From Ignavibacteriales bacterium (GTDB lineage: Bacteria > Bacteroidota > Ignavibacteria > UBA10030 > UBA6906): a stretch of DNA of 55,009 bases. The translations under genes and the position numbers were made by a program. Shown in pieces: positions 1 through 9,490 of the stretch (its first letter is position 1; each line of letters starts with the position of its first letter). The notes under the pieces are model-generated. The model saw only the letters and a program-made list of their open reading frames with translations, did no database searches and was not told the DNA's origin. The DNA lies in NCBI GenBank assembly GCA_037441705.1, contig JBBIRR010000028.1, positions 1 through 55,009 on the forward strand, written 5' to 3'.

Positions 1-85
1 CCGCGTCGAGCATCTCCAGGTCGGATTCTTCGAAGGCTTGGTAAAAGCGGGCGTTCTGCAGCAGCAGTTTGTCTTTCTTGGTCAG
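1..85 (-). CDS. Nuclear transport factor 2 / SnoaL-like family protein, 5' part only (runs off the window)
   Basis: Manual translation of the minus strand: (L)TKKDKLLLQNARFYQAFEESDLEMLDA, resembling the N-x-x-FYxAF-x-x-x-D N-terminal helix of SnoaL/NTF2 proteins. AAGGA lies upstream of a possible CTG start; the start is uncertain. Confidence 0.5.
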   Translation of the reverse strand, partial: MTKKDKLLLQNARFYQAFEESDLEMLDA

Positions 86-183
86 AGGAATATTCCTTGC
101 TATGAGAAGTTGGAAAAAATATATTCAATCAGTGCGCGAATAGCAACGCGCTTGCACCATCTTCCAACGCTTCAGGAATCGCC

Positions 184-525
184 GTGTCCCCTTTGCTGAC
201 GATCGACGTTGCGCATCCGCCGCGCCCGCCCGGTGTTGTCGAGCAAGAGTTGTTAGCCACCTGGACAACCGTTCGCAACTCATCGGTGCTGCGCGTCCTC
301 AAAGTGATTCACGGTCACGGCAGCACGGGCAAAGGCGGCGCAACGCGCGACGTGGTCCGCAACTGGGCGTTCGCCCATCGCAAACACTTCAAGGCCGTGA
401 TCGCGGGAGAGCAGTACGACCTGTTCAATCCCGATGTGCAGGAGATGCGCATGGTGGTTGGTCAGTACAACGACCCCGACCTGCATCAGGCCAATCCGGG
501 AATCACCGTGCTGTGGATTCGATGA
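184..525 (+). CDS. Stand-alone Smr/MutS2 C-terminal domain protein
   Basis: LKVIHGHGSTGKGG motif and C-terminal NPGITVLW typical of Smr domains; GTG start. Confidence 0.8.
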   Translation: MSPLLTIDVAHPPRPPGVVEQELLATWTTVRNSSVLRVLKVIHGHGSTGKGGATRDVVRNWAFAHRKHFKAVIAGEQYDLFNPDVQEMRMVVGQYNDPDLHQANPGITVLWIR

Positions 526-641
526 CATCCCGCCACCATCTCAAGACGAGAAATGCTTTGCGGCCTGCAAGTGGGTTTTGTATATTGAACCTGAACAAAA
601 GGCGTTGCGTCGTTCACTTCCACAGAATTCCCCACCTCATC

Positions 642-2846
642 ATGCGAACGATTACTCTCTGGACGCTCGTTCTGAGCGGAACACTCTCGTGGGCACAGGG
701 ACTTGATGTACGCGGCGTGGTGACCGATAGCGCGACAGGCGAGCGCATTCCGTATGCAAACATCACCGTTCGAGGAACGTCGCGCGGGGCATCCACCAAT
801 CTGAATGGGTTCTACCTCATCCCCAATCTTCCGTTCGGTACGTACGAGCTTGCGGCCAGTGCGGTCGGGTACAAAACCGAAGTGCACAGAGTCGCTGTGC
901 GCGGTCGGGAACCTCTCGTCGTTCACTTCAAGTTATCGCAGCGAACCGTGGAGTTCTCCGAAATTATCGTCGAGTCCGAGCGCGCGGTGGAGAAGCTCGA
1001 TGCCGCCAGTATCCACGTGCTGGGAGAGCAACAAATCCTCGATGTGCCTTCCGCTGGGCCGCAGGACGTGTTCCGGTCGCTGACGCTGCTGCCCGGCATC
1101 GTTTCCACATCCGATGTCAGTTCGAAGTTTTATGTTCGCGGCGGCGCAGGCGATCAGAATCTGATTCTGCTGGACGGGATGAGAATCTACAATCCCTTTC
1201 ATGCGTTCGGCGTGTACAGCGTCTTCGACCCGGACATCATCAGCTCTGCCGAAGTGATGACCGGAGCGTTTCCTGCAGGATATGGAAACCGGCTCTCCTC
1301 CGTGGTGAACCTTTCGACGCGGCAGGGGAACTCATCGCGCCTCGCCGGCCGCGCCGAAGCGAATCTTCTCAGCGGAAAGCTGTTGCTGGAAGGGCCGATC
1401 AAGGACGATAACAGTTGGCTGGTGAGCGGACGGACATCGTTGAGCGACCGTGGGCTGAAGCATTTCCTTCGCAATCCTTCGCCTGTCTCGTTCTATGACG
1501 CGTTTGTGAAGGCGACCATCGGCAGCGAAACGGGCCGCAACAGCTTCCGTGGCTTCATCAGCGGAGATGACATCACTTCACCCAATCCGCAAGAGCCTGA
1601 CCATTCCTGGCGCAGTCACGCCCTTGCCGTATCACTCTCCGGCCTTGCTTACGAACGCATTTACGTGGACGGCACAGTGTACTCAAGCAGCTTCAAGATT
1701 CGGCGGGACGCGAAGCAATCGAACGTCATCTTCCCCGCTGAGTCGCGTATCGGCGATGACGGGATGCGGATCGACCTCACGATTCACACCGAGGAAAGCG
1801 GCCTGTTCATGACGGGGTTTCAGTTCGACCTTCCCGACTATGAGTTCAAGTTCACGACCAGCGCCAACACCGAACGAACGTTTCAAAGTACCGATACGGA
1901 AATCTGGCTGTGGCTGCGCCATCAAAACGATTACGACATTCTCCACACCGACTTCGGCGTCCATCTGGATGTCGTTTCTCTCGCAAGCAAGGGGCCGAGT
2001 CTTCAGGCGCTGCAGCCGCGTGCAAGTCTGGCGCTGCGCCTTTCCGATCTGTGGCGGGCACGGGTCTCGTTCGGCGTGTACAACCAGCGCGTCATCACCA
2101 TCAGCAATGAGGACGACATCACGTCGTTGTTCGAGGCATGGATTTCCATCCACGATCCCCTCCGCCCCGAGGAGTCGCACCATTATGTCGTCGGATTGGA
2201 GGGCTTGCTCGCCGACCGCCTGAGCATTGACCTGCAGGCGTACTACAAAAACTATCCCTCGATCGTTCTCTACAATCGAGAGAAGTTTTTTCCCGAAGAC
2301 CCCGACTACATCAACGGCAAGGGGCGAGCCTACGGCGGCGAGTTGCTGACGCGTTTTGCGTCGTCGCTGCTGGACCTCTATGTTTCCTACGCCCTTGGGT
2401 GGACGCGCGTGACAACAGGCGGCTTCACGTACGCTCCGCGCTACGACCGACGCCACACCCTCAATGCGCTCGGCGTGTTTCATCCCATCAACAATCTCGA
2501 CATAGCCATCCGGTGGGAGTTTGGAAGCGGCTACCCGTTTACGCAAACCATCGGTTACTACGATCGTTTGCTGCTGAGCACGCTGGGCAGCGGTCCGTGG
2601 TACGGTGAAACGGGGCTGCCCTATTCGATTCTGGGGGAGAAGAACACGGCACGCCTGGCGGACTATTACCGTATCGATGCCAGCGTAACCTACCACTTCA
2701 CGATCGAGCCGCTCCGCTGCTCCATCGGTCTGCATGCCGCCAATCTCACTGACAGAAAGAACATTCTGTTCTACGATCGCAAGACAGGACAGAGCGTGTA
2801 CATGCTCGAGTTCTTTCCGTCCGCAACGCTTCGCGTCGAGTATTGA
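642..2846 (+). CDS. TonB-dependent receptor with N-terminal carboxypeptidase-regulatory-like domain
   Basis: Signal peptide from ATG 642; GVVTDSATGERIPYANI; plug motifs VRGGAGDQNLILLDG and GAFPAGYGNRLSSV; C-terminal aromatic residue (VEY). Confidence 0.9.
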   Translation: MRTITLWTLVLSGTLSWAQGLDVRGVVTDSATGERIPYANITVRGTSRGASTNLNGFYLIPNLPFGTYELAASAVGYKTEVHRVAVRGREPLVVHFKLSQRTVEFSEIIVESERAVEKLDAASIHVLGEQQILDVPSAGPQDVFRSLTLLPGIVSTSDVSSKFYVRGGAGDQNLILLDGMRIYNPFHAFGVYSVFDPDIISSAEVMTGAFPAGYGNRLSSVVNLSTRQGNSSRLAGRAEANLLSGKLLLEGPIKDDNSWLVSGRTSLSDRGLKHFLRNPSPVSFYDAFVKATIGSETGRNSFRGFISGDDITSPNPQEPDHSWRSHALAVSLSGLAYERIYVDGTVYSSSFKIRRDAKQSNVIFPAESRIGDDGMRIDLTIHTEESGLFMTGFQFDLPDYEFKFTTSANTERTFQSTDTEIWLWLRHQNDYDILHTDFGVHLDVVSLASKGPSLQALQPRASLALRLSDLWRARVSFGVYNQRVITISNEDDITSLFEAWISIHDPLRPEESHHYVVGLEGLLADRLSIDLQAYYKNYPSIVLYNREKFFPEDPDYINGKGRAYGGELLTRFASSLLDLYVSYALGWTRVTTGGFTYAPRYDRRHTLNALGVFHPINNLDIAIRWEFGSGYPFTQTIGYYDRLLLSTLGSGPWYGETGLPYSILGEKNTARLADYYRIDASVTYHFTIEPLRCSIGLHAANLTDRKNILFYDRKTGQSVYMLEFFPSATLRVEY

Positions 2847-2848
2847 AC

Positions 2849-3733
2849 ATGAAGGCTCGCTTCATACACATTGCGCTACTGTTCATGATGACGGCATCCG
2901 GCTGTAAGGAATCTTTTGACCCAAACGGGCCGTACACGGATCGCCTCGTCGTGTACGGCGTGTTCACATCGCAAAGCGATACGCAGTTCGTGCGTGTCTA
3001 TCGAACATTCCCGCAGCCCGGCAGCACCGTTAGCACAGACGTGCTTGACGCCAGCGTGATCGTCACGCAAGGTGCAACCACATTTTCATTCCGCGATACG
3101 ACGGTTGTAGATTCGCTGGCGGGGCCGTCGCCCGTACGGCTGAGGGCGCATGTCGCCTACGGCATGCGGCTTGAGGCGGGCCAGCGATACACGTTGACGG
3201 TTCGCTCGCCATCGGTCGGCAATGCATCGGCACACGCCACAGCACTCTATCGCGGCTCGTTGATCACAGAGACGAACGTCCGCGGCGACATCACCGTGCG
3301 TGTAACGTTAGGAGAGAATGCCCGCGCCTATATTGTGCGCATGTATCTGGACTACCGCATCCGCCCCGACACTTCAACACACCGCATTGAAATTCCCGAA
3401 CGCATCTTTCCCCCGACGGGAGAGAAAATCTATCCCCGACCCATCGCTCGTGAATTCACAAGCGTGGGTTTCACCAGCGCAGCTCTTTCTGCGATCGTGT
3501 CGGAGTTGCGGCGCCAGCATCCGGGCAACACCATCCTGCCCCTGAGAACCGTTTTCATTCTCACGCAGTTAGACGAAAGTCTCTACGCCTACTACAGCAC
3601 GGCCAATCACTTTCCGGGGTCCGGCACGATCAGACTGGATGAGCCTGATTTCACCAACATCCAGGGAGGCTTCGGCGTGTTCGGGATGCTTTCGCAAACA
3701 ACCTACCTTGCCGACACTACGGGAAGCCCGTAG
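2849..3733 (+). CDS. DUF4249-like outer-membrane lipoprotein, partner of the TonB receptor
   Basis: Lipobox TASGC; LVVYGVF near the N-terminus; C-terminal TNIQGGFGVFG typical of DUF4249; starts 2 bp after the receptor stop. Confidence 0.8.
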   Translation: MKARFIHIALLFMMTASGCKESFDPNGPYTDRLVVYGVFTSQSDTQFVRVYRTFPQPGSTVSTDVLDASVIVTQGATTFSFRDTTVVDSLAGPSPVRLRAHVAYGMRLEAGQRYTLTVRSPSVGNASAHATALYRGSLITETNVRGDITVRVTLGENARAYIVRMYLDYRIRPDTSTHRIEIPERIFPPTGEKIYPRPIAREFTSVGFTSAALSAIVSELRRQHPGNTILPLRTVFILTQLDESLYAYYSTANHFPGSGTIRLDEPDFTNIQGGFGVFGMLSQTTYLADTTGSP

Positions 3734-4091
3734 AGACGATCATCCGTTAGATGATCTCGGCCCGGATGTATCCTGACCTTTCGTTTGCTTTTCACCTACT
3801 CCCTTCCTATCTTCTGCCCGAAGCCCTCTCGACGATTCCTCATCGTACATAGGCCCTCTGAGTTTCCACCCCTCTATGCGAGGAAGCCGAAAGGACTCTG
3901 CGATCAACAACGCGAGCCGAAACGGAATCTCTCTTCCTCATTGAATCCATCACCCACCGGGTCGTGGCAATTGACACACGAATGACGAGAATCCCCGAAA
4001 GCCAAAGGTCCATCCTTTGCCAACGAGACATAGCGGAGCTCCTGCTGCAACTCCAAGGGAGAGAGGTTGAAGGTCCGCAGAAGGAAGAACA

Positions 4092-6758
4092 ATGAAGAAA
4101 CAAATACTGCGGGCTTTGCTCGTAGAACATGAGATAGACGATGTCGCGCGGATCAAGACTTTGTTGCATGAGGTGCGTGAGAAAGCAATTGAAGTCATTC
4201 ACGTCGGATCGCTTGCCGAAGCCGAGCGCTCGCTCGCGAGTGTGACACCGGACGTGATTCTCGCATCGGTGACGCTGCCGGATGCACAAGGAGTTCGGAT
4301 AGTGACTGTACTCGACGCCGCGGCACCTTCTACGCCCATCATCGCGCTGACGCAGTTACGAGACAACGGCATATCCCTCGACGTCATGCGGGCCGGCGCT
4401 CAGGATTTCCTCGTAAAGGAAGAATTGGACAGCCGACTTCTCTCCCGTTCCTTGCGCTATGCGATCGAGCGAAAGAACGTTCAGGAACAGCTCCGGCTCA
4501 GCGAGGAGCACTTCCGCTCGCTCATCGATCTTTCGCTCGATGTCATTATGGTCATCAGCGTTGATGGGAACGTCCGCTACGCGAGCCCGTCAATCAAGCA
4601 CGTCCTTGGATACGATGTAGCAACCATCGTCGGGAAGCGTCTGTTCGATCTGGTACATCCCGACGATGAGTTCCTCTTTCGCCGACCGCTGGAACAACTC
4701 GTGCGCGTACCCTTCTATATTGCACACAGCTTTGCGCGACTTGCCCGCCCCGATGGCTCATGGCGAATACTCGAGACCAATGCGCGCTATCTTTTCGAAG
4801 GCAAGGAACGCGGCAACATTGTGCTCAACCTGCGGGATGTCACGAAGCGGCATCAGGCAGAGGATGCGCTGCGTGAGAGCGAAGCGCGGTATCGGATGCT
4901 CTTCCAGGCCAATCCTCATCCGATGTGGGTGTACGATCGGGAGACGCTTGCCTTTCTCGATGTCAACGAAGCGGCCGTGGCGAAGTACGGATATACACGC
5001 GATGAATTTCTGAGCATGACGATCAAAGACATCCGTCCGCAAGAAGATATCCCGAGGCTTCTTGAGAGCGTCGGCGCGCGGCGTGAGGACCGGGAGGAAG
5101 CCGGCATCTGGCGGCATCGCACAAAAGACGGGGGGCTGATAGATGTCGAGATCATCTCGCACGCCCTCACGTACGAAGAACGGTCTGCCGTCCTCGTGTT
5201 AGCGAACGACGTCACCGAACGCCAACGAGCTGAGAAACAACTCCAGGAAAGCGAAGGCCGTTATCGTCGGTTGTTTGAGGAAGACCTTGCCGCCAATTTC
5301 AGTTCCACACCCGATGGACGTCTGCTGGCATGCAACTCAGCCTTTCTCAGGTTGTTTGGGTTCGATTCGCTGGAAGAGGCACTCAACACCAACACGTCAA
5401 CGCTGTTCATGAACATCGAGACGCGTGATGAGCTGCTGGACGAACTCCGACGCTCCAGGAAGATCGAAGGCAAGGAGCAAATTATGCGTCGTCGTGACGG
5501 CTCTCCCGTGCACGTCGTCGAAAACGTTGTCGGCCAGTTCGACTCTGAGGGCAAACTGATCGAGATGACAGGCTATCTGATGGATGACACGAAGAGGAAA
5601 CACCTCGAAGAACAGATGATCCAGATGCAGAAGATGGAAAGTCTCGGAACGCTTGCGGGCGGCATCGCACACGACTTCAACAATATTCTCGGCATCATCC
5701 TCGGACATTCGCTCATGCTGGAGTCGCAAGCGAACGATCCGAAGAAATTGGCCCAGAGCATAGACACGATCAACAAATCCGTTATGCGCGGGACCGATCT
5801 TGTGCGTCAAATCCTGACGTTTGCGCGCAAGAGCGAGGCTCTTTTCCAGCCGGTTCAGATTTATGATCTCATCGAGGAATTGGTGAAGATGTTGAAGGGA
5901 ACGTTTCCCAAGAACATCGAATTCTCGCTGCAGATGGGCGAAGGACTGCCGACCATCCTCGGCGACAGGACGCAGCTCCATCAAACGCTTCTCAACTTGT
6001 GTGTGAATGCCCGCGACGCCATGCCGAACGGAGGCACACTCACCATCCGCGCAGGTCAAGTCCATGCTGCGGCACTGCGCACGAAACTGCCCAACACGTT
6101 GGCAGGGACGTATGTTCACATTGCAATCGCTGATACGGGAACAGGCATGGACCACGCAACGCGCCAACGCATCTTCGAACCATTCTTCACTACTAAAGAC
6201 AAAGGGAAGGGAACAGGGCTGGGGTTGTCGGTCGTCTACGGCATTATGAAGAGCCACAATGGAACTATTGATGTAGAGACGGAGCCTGGCAAGGGCACAA
6301 CATTCCATCTGTACCTGCCTGTCCCCGAATTCACCTCATCCGGTCCAACCCCGGCCGTGCACAAGGAGACAGAAAACTTGGGTGGATCTGAGACAATCCT
6401 CGTTGTCGAAGACGAGCTACTGCTGCAAGAGCTTGTGAGTAGCTTGCTGCAGAAGGCGGGCTACCGCTTGTTGACAGCATCGGACGGCGAGCAGGCAGTG
6501 GAGATATTCGAACGCCACCAAGACGAGATTGCGCTGGTCGTTACCGACCTGGGCTTGCCGAAAATGTCCGGACTCGAAGTGGTGAAGAAGCTGAAAGCCA
6601 TGAAACCGAACCTGAAGGTCATCTTTGCCAGCGGCTATCTCGATCCGAGCGACAGGCCTGAGATCCTGACGATTGGCGTGCAGGAGTTCATCGAAAAGCC
6701 GTACGTGCCGAACGAGTTGTTGAGCAAGCTGCGCGCAACGCTCGACGCGGCACCGTAG
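4092..6758 (+). CDS. Hybrid sensor histidine kinase (REC-like, 3x PAS, HisKA, HATPase, REC)
   Basis: H-box GGIAHDFNN; N-box NLCVNARDAM; G1 DTGTG; F-box FEPFFTTK; G2 GTGLGL; C-terminal receiver LVVEDE...VTDLGLP...EKP; three PAS repeats. Confidence 0.95.
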   Translation: MKKQILRALLVEHEIDDVARIKTLLHEVREKAIEVIHVGSLAEAERSLASVTPDVILASVTLPDAQGVRIVTVLDAAAPSTPIIALTQLRDNGISLDVMRAGAQDFLVKEELDSRLLSRSLRYAIERKNVQEQLRLSEEHFRSLIDLSLDVIMVISVDGNVRYASPSIKHVLGYDVATIVGKRLFDLVHPDDEFLFRRPLEQLVRVPFYIAHSFARLARPDGSWRILETNARYLFEGKERGNIVLNLRDVTKRHQAEDALRESEARYRMLFQANPHPMWVYDRETLAFLDVNEAAVAKYGYTRDEFLSMTIKDIRPQEDIPRLLESVGARREDREEAGIWRHRTKDGGLIDVEIISHALTYEERSAVLVLANDVTERQRAEKQLQESEGRYRRLFEEDLAANFSSTPDGRLLACNSAFLRLFGFDSLEEALNTNTSTLFMNIETRDELLDELRRSRKIEGKEQIMRRRDGSPVHVVENVVGQFDSEGKLIEMTGYLMDDTKRKHLEEQMIQMQKMESLGTLAGGIAHDFNNILGIILGHSLMLESQANDPKKLAQSIDTINKSVMRGTDLVRQILTFARKSEALFQPVQIYDLIEELVKMLKGTFPKNIEFSLQMGEGLPTILGDRTQLHQTLLNLCVNARDAMPNGGTLTIRAGQVHAAALRTKLPNTLAGTYVHIAIADTGTGMDHATRQRIFEPFFTTKDKGKGTGLGLSVVYGIMKSHNGTIDVETEPGKGTTFHLYLPVPEFTSSGPTPAVHKETENLGGSETILVVEDELLLQELVSSLLQKAGYRLLTASDGEQAVEIFERHQDEIALVVTDLGLPKMSGLEVVKKLKAMKPNLKVIFASGYLDPSDRPEILTIGVQEFIEKPYVPNELLSKLRATLDAAP

Positions 6759-6846
6759 CATGTCCTCTCCGCAGCGATGAGGATGCGTGGGCTCCCGAAG
6801 ACGGGGTAAGGGCGAGAACAGCCCGCCGGGATTTCCATGTTCGGCC

Positions 6847-8865
6847 TTAGAAAACCCATTCAGGCGGAATCAACCTGTTCAGATGGTCTTTGAGTTGGGG
6901 CGAGAGAAGAGCCAAGCCCACCTGGTATGAGGCGTTGGTCCATCCGAAGCCTTCGCGTGTGATGTATGCGAACGTGGTTCCGACGTTTCCATACTCAGCG
7001 AACACCCGATGACTGCGTTGAACCACATCAAATTTCTCCGGAACGGTGCCGTTATAGTTCACCGCGTTCAGCGTTATCGTAAACAGCCAGCGATAGGCAA
7101 GGCGCTGGGCAATACTTGTGTAACCATAGTTTACCATCGCCTGCCAGGCGATCATCTGGTGCGGCGACCACCCGTTCGGGTAATCCCATTGGCGCGGCGG
7201 ACGATCAGTCGTGATTGGCCCTCGCGATTCTTCCGTTGACCCGACGATCCCACCGGGTTGCTCCAGCAAAGGAAGCGCATTGCGAACGAGGCTTTCTGCC
7301 TGCTCCTTCGTCGCAAGCGACGCCCACATGGGATAGAACGTCGTCGCGCTCACGTAGCCGATTTGCTCTCCTCGTTCGACATCGTAGTCGAAGAACATTC
7401 CACGTTCAGCATTCCAGAGATATGCATTGACCAGTTCTTTTCTCCGCTGCGCACGCTGCGTCCAGCTCTCCGCTTGCTCGACCGATCCATCGCCTAAAGT
7501 GAGCGTGCCGCCGAACTCGTCGCGAAGCATCGCTGCGATGTCCAGCTCCATCTTGTATAGAAGAGAATTCAGATCGACGGTGACGAGATGCGCACTTCGT
7601 CCTTCAAGTCGGTAGCTCGTGTCGTGTCCCGATTCCCTCATGCTGCGGTCGTGGACAAAGTATTCGTCAAGCTCCGGCACCTTGATTCTTCCTGCGCGGT
7701 ATTCTTGCTCAAGCCGCTGGGGCGTGAGGCCGCGATGGGCTGCAATTTTCCTGAAGATTGCATCGAAATGCCCGGGTTCGACTTCCGGCGGTACACCGTA
7801 CCCGGAGTCGAAGTACCGACTCAACCCGGTTCGAGTAAGCCTGGATGCATTCATCCACACCTCCTTGTATTCTTTGACCGCGGCCTGCAGCACTCCACGC
7901 AGCCATTGCTTTGCAGCCTGCCCCTTGGGGAGATGCTCGTACACGGCGAGTGCCATTGAAGTAAGAAAGGGTGGTTGTGAACGTGTGAGATAGTAGGTCC
8001 GGTTCGCATTCAGGATTGCGCCATAGTGAACGATCTCGTACACGTGGTTGTTGACCATCGAACGCGCCCGTTCGATCTTCCCATCCCTTAAAAGTCCAAG
8101 AACAATAAAGTAGCTGTCCCAGCCATACATTTCGTTGAAGCGTCCGCCGGGAACCACAAAGGGTTCTCCCCCTATCGAACCATCCGAAGATTCGACGAGT
8201 GACAGCGAGAGAATTCCATGGTATCCATCAAGTTTTCGAACATAGTCGGCGGTGATGTTCTTCGGCAAGACGGTCACTCTCATCTTCCAATCCGGATGCC
8301 GACGCGCAACGTTGCGGAAATAGGTTTGAGCAAGTTGATCCGAAGGCGGGACGTACACATACCGCAAGCCGTCAACGGTCGCCGTCTTCTCGTCCTGCAG
8401 GATCGAGCGAAGCCCTTTTTCATCAATGCGACGCGTAAGGCCCTCCCAATAGACTTCCCGTATCATGCGCGAGATGCGATCGACGGGTTGTTCAAAGACT
8501 CTGCCGAGAGCAAGGGCGGTCGTTTCGATGCCCGCTTCTTCGGCGAGTTTCAATTCCTGGAGGAGATTCGAAAGGTAGTATGTGCCTGCAACCTCATGCG
8601 GACGCCCATCGAGAACCGGAATCCAGAAGCGTTTGTCGCCGCGATCGGTTCCCGCAACGTGCGGATCGTTGATGGTGATTCGCAGATCATTATCGGTGTC
8701 CTCATTGCGCATGAGAGAATCGAGCGCCACTGTCACCACCACGCGGGCCCCATCGTCGTTGCCCTGATGCATCGAAATACCACCGAGGGAGACAAGTGAT
8801 ACCGCAAGGTACACAACGGCGGGCGTCACCTTGAGAAATCGAACGAAGGTCATTGGATGAGTCAT
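6847..8865 (-). CDS. Alpha,alpha-trehalase (GH37) with Nth1-like Ca-binding N-terminal motif, probably exported
   Basis: PGGRFNEMYGWDSY, YYLTRSQPPF, RESGHD, QWDYPNGW and EGFGWTN motifs; DTDNDLRITIND; hydrophobic N-terminus. Confidence 0.92.
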   Translation of the reverse strand: MTHPMTFVRFLKVTPAVVYLAVSLVSLGGISMHQGNDDGARVVVTVALDSLMRNEDTDNDLRITINDPHVAGTDRGDKRFWIPVLDGRPHEVAGTYYLSNLLQELKLAEEAGIETTALALGRVFEQPVDRISRMIREVYWEGLTRRIDEKGLRSILQDEKTATVDGLRYVYVPPSDQLAQTYFRNVARRHPDWKMRVTVLPKNITADYVRKLDGYHGILSLSLVESSDGSIGGEPFVVPGGRFNEMYGWDSYFIVLGLLRDGKIERARSMVNNHVYEIVHYGAILNANRTYYLTRSQPPFLTSMALAVYEHLPKGQAAKQWLRGVLQAAVKEYKEVWMNASRLTRTGLSRYFDSGYGVPPEVEPGHFDAIFRKIAAHRGLTPQRLEQEYRAGRIKVPELDEYFVHDRSMRESGHDTSYRLEGRSAHLVTVDLNSLLYKMELDIAAMLRDEFGGTLTLGDGSVEQAESWTQRAQRRKELVNAYLWNAERGMFFDYDVERGEQIGYVSATTFYPMWASLATKEQAESLVRNALPLLEQPGGIVGSTEESRGPITTDRPPRQWDYPNGWSPHQMIAWQAMVNYGYTSIAQRLAYRWLFTITLNAVNYNGTVPEKFDVVQRSHRVFAEYGNVGTTFAYITREGFGWTNASYQVGLALLSPQLKDHLNRLIPPEWVF

Positions 8866-8904
8866 GCTTTGTTGCGTTTACCGGAAAGCCGAACGCTGCG
8901 GAGA

Positions 8905-9240
8905 CTATTTTTCGCTTACTCGCAACGTCCGGTTGATGACGGAGATATCATATCGCTTTCCTCTGATGGAGATGTTCTTGAGCATGAGGCTCGTGACACC
9001 ATCGGGAAGCATGGGTTTATATTTTGCAACCAATCCTTCTTCCGTCAAACGTAGTCCCGTGTATCCGAATATCACCTGCTGGAGGAACGCCCCGGCCCCT
9101 GTGATGAAATTGATCGAATTGTTGGTGTGGGTTTCGGCAAGGACATTGAAGGGCGGCCGGAGAAAGCCCTTGAGAGTTTTCGTAATGGTAAGATGAAACA
9201 GACTGTCGTTCCCAAGCTCAGCGGCAATGATGGGCAGAAA
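8905..9240 (-). pseudogene. C-terminal remnant (about 111 codons) of a GH65-type glycoside hydrolase/phosphorylase
   Basis: Manual translation FLPIIAAELG...PPFNVLAETHTNNSINFITGAGAFLQQVIFGYTGLRL...YKPMLPDGVTSLMLKNISIRGKRYDI* matches the GH65 F-x-TGAG-x-FLQ-x-x-x-FGY-x-GLR motif. An in-frame TAA lies about 12 codons upstream and no start precedes the motif region. Confidence 0.75.
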
Positions 9241-9330
9241 GGCTTGTTTGTGTGACAGATGGATATGGTTTTGTTACTTCACCTCACAGATAGTTGTGGG
9301 TTCGTGATGGGTTAGCTCCTGGTACGTCGT

Positions 9331-9347
9331 GTGACAGGAAATGTCAC
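9331..9347. promoter_or_regulatory. Candidate operator palindrome GTGACA-N5-TGTCAC upstream of the GH65 remnant/trehalase
   Basis: Perfect 6-5-6 inverted repeat; a half-site GTGTGACAG recurs at about 9250. Confidence 0.35.
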
Positions 9348-9490
9348 GTTCAAATTTACCAATCCGTGCATTGCATGTCAACACACTTCTTTCGACAAGG
9401 TCAAAAGCTTCAAAAAACAAGCAGAACGAGCGCATTGCACGACGGCATTTCGTGGCGATTTCAAGATCCACTCGAAAATGGAACGCCGAG

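Noticed and set aside
3730-3738. GTAGAGACG half-site matching the REP-like motif
   Set aside because: No inverted partner and it overlaps a stop codon; probably chance.
8864-9196. 110-aa plus-strand ORF between trehalase and egtD
   Set aside because: It is the antisense of the GH65 remnant, which carries the real family motif.
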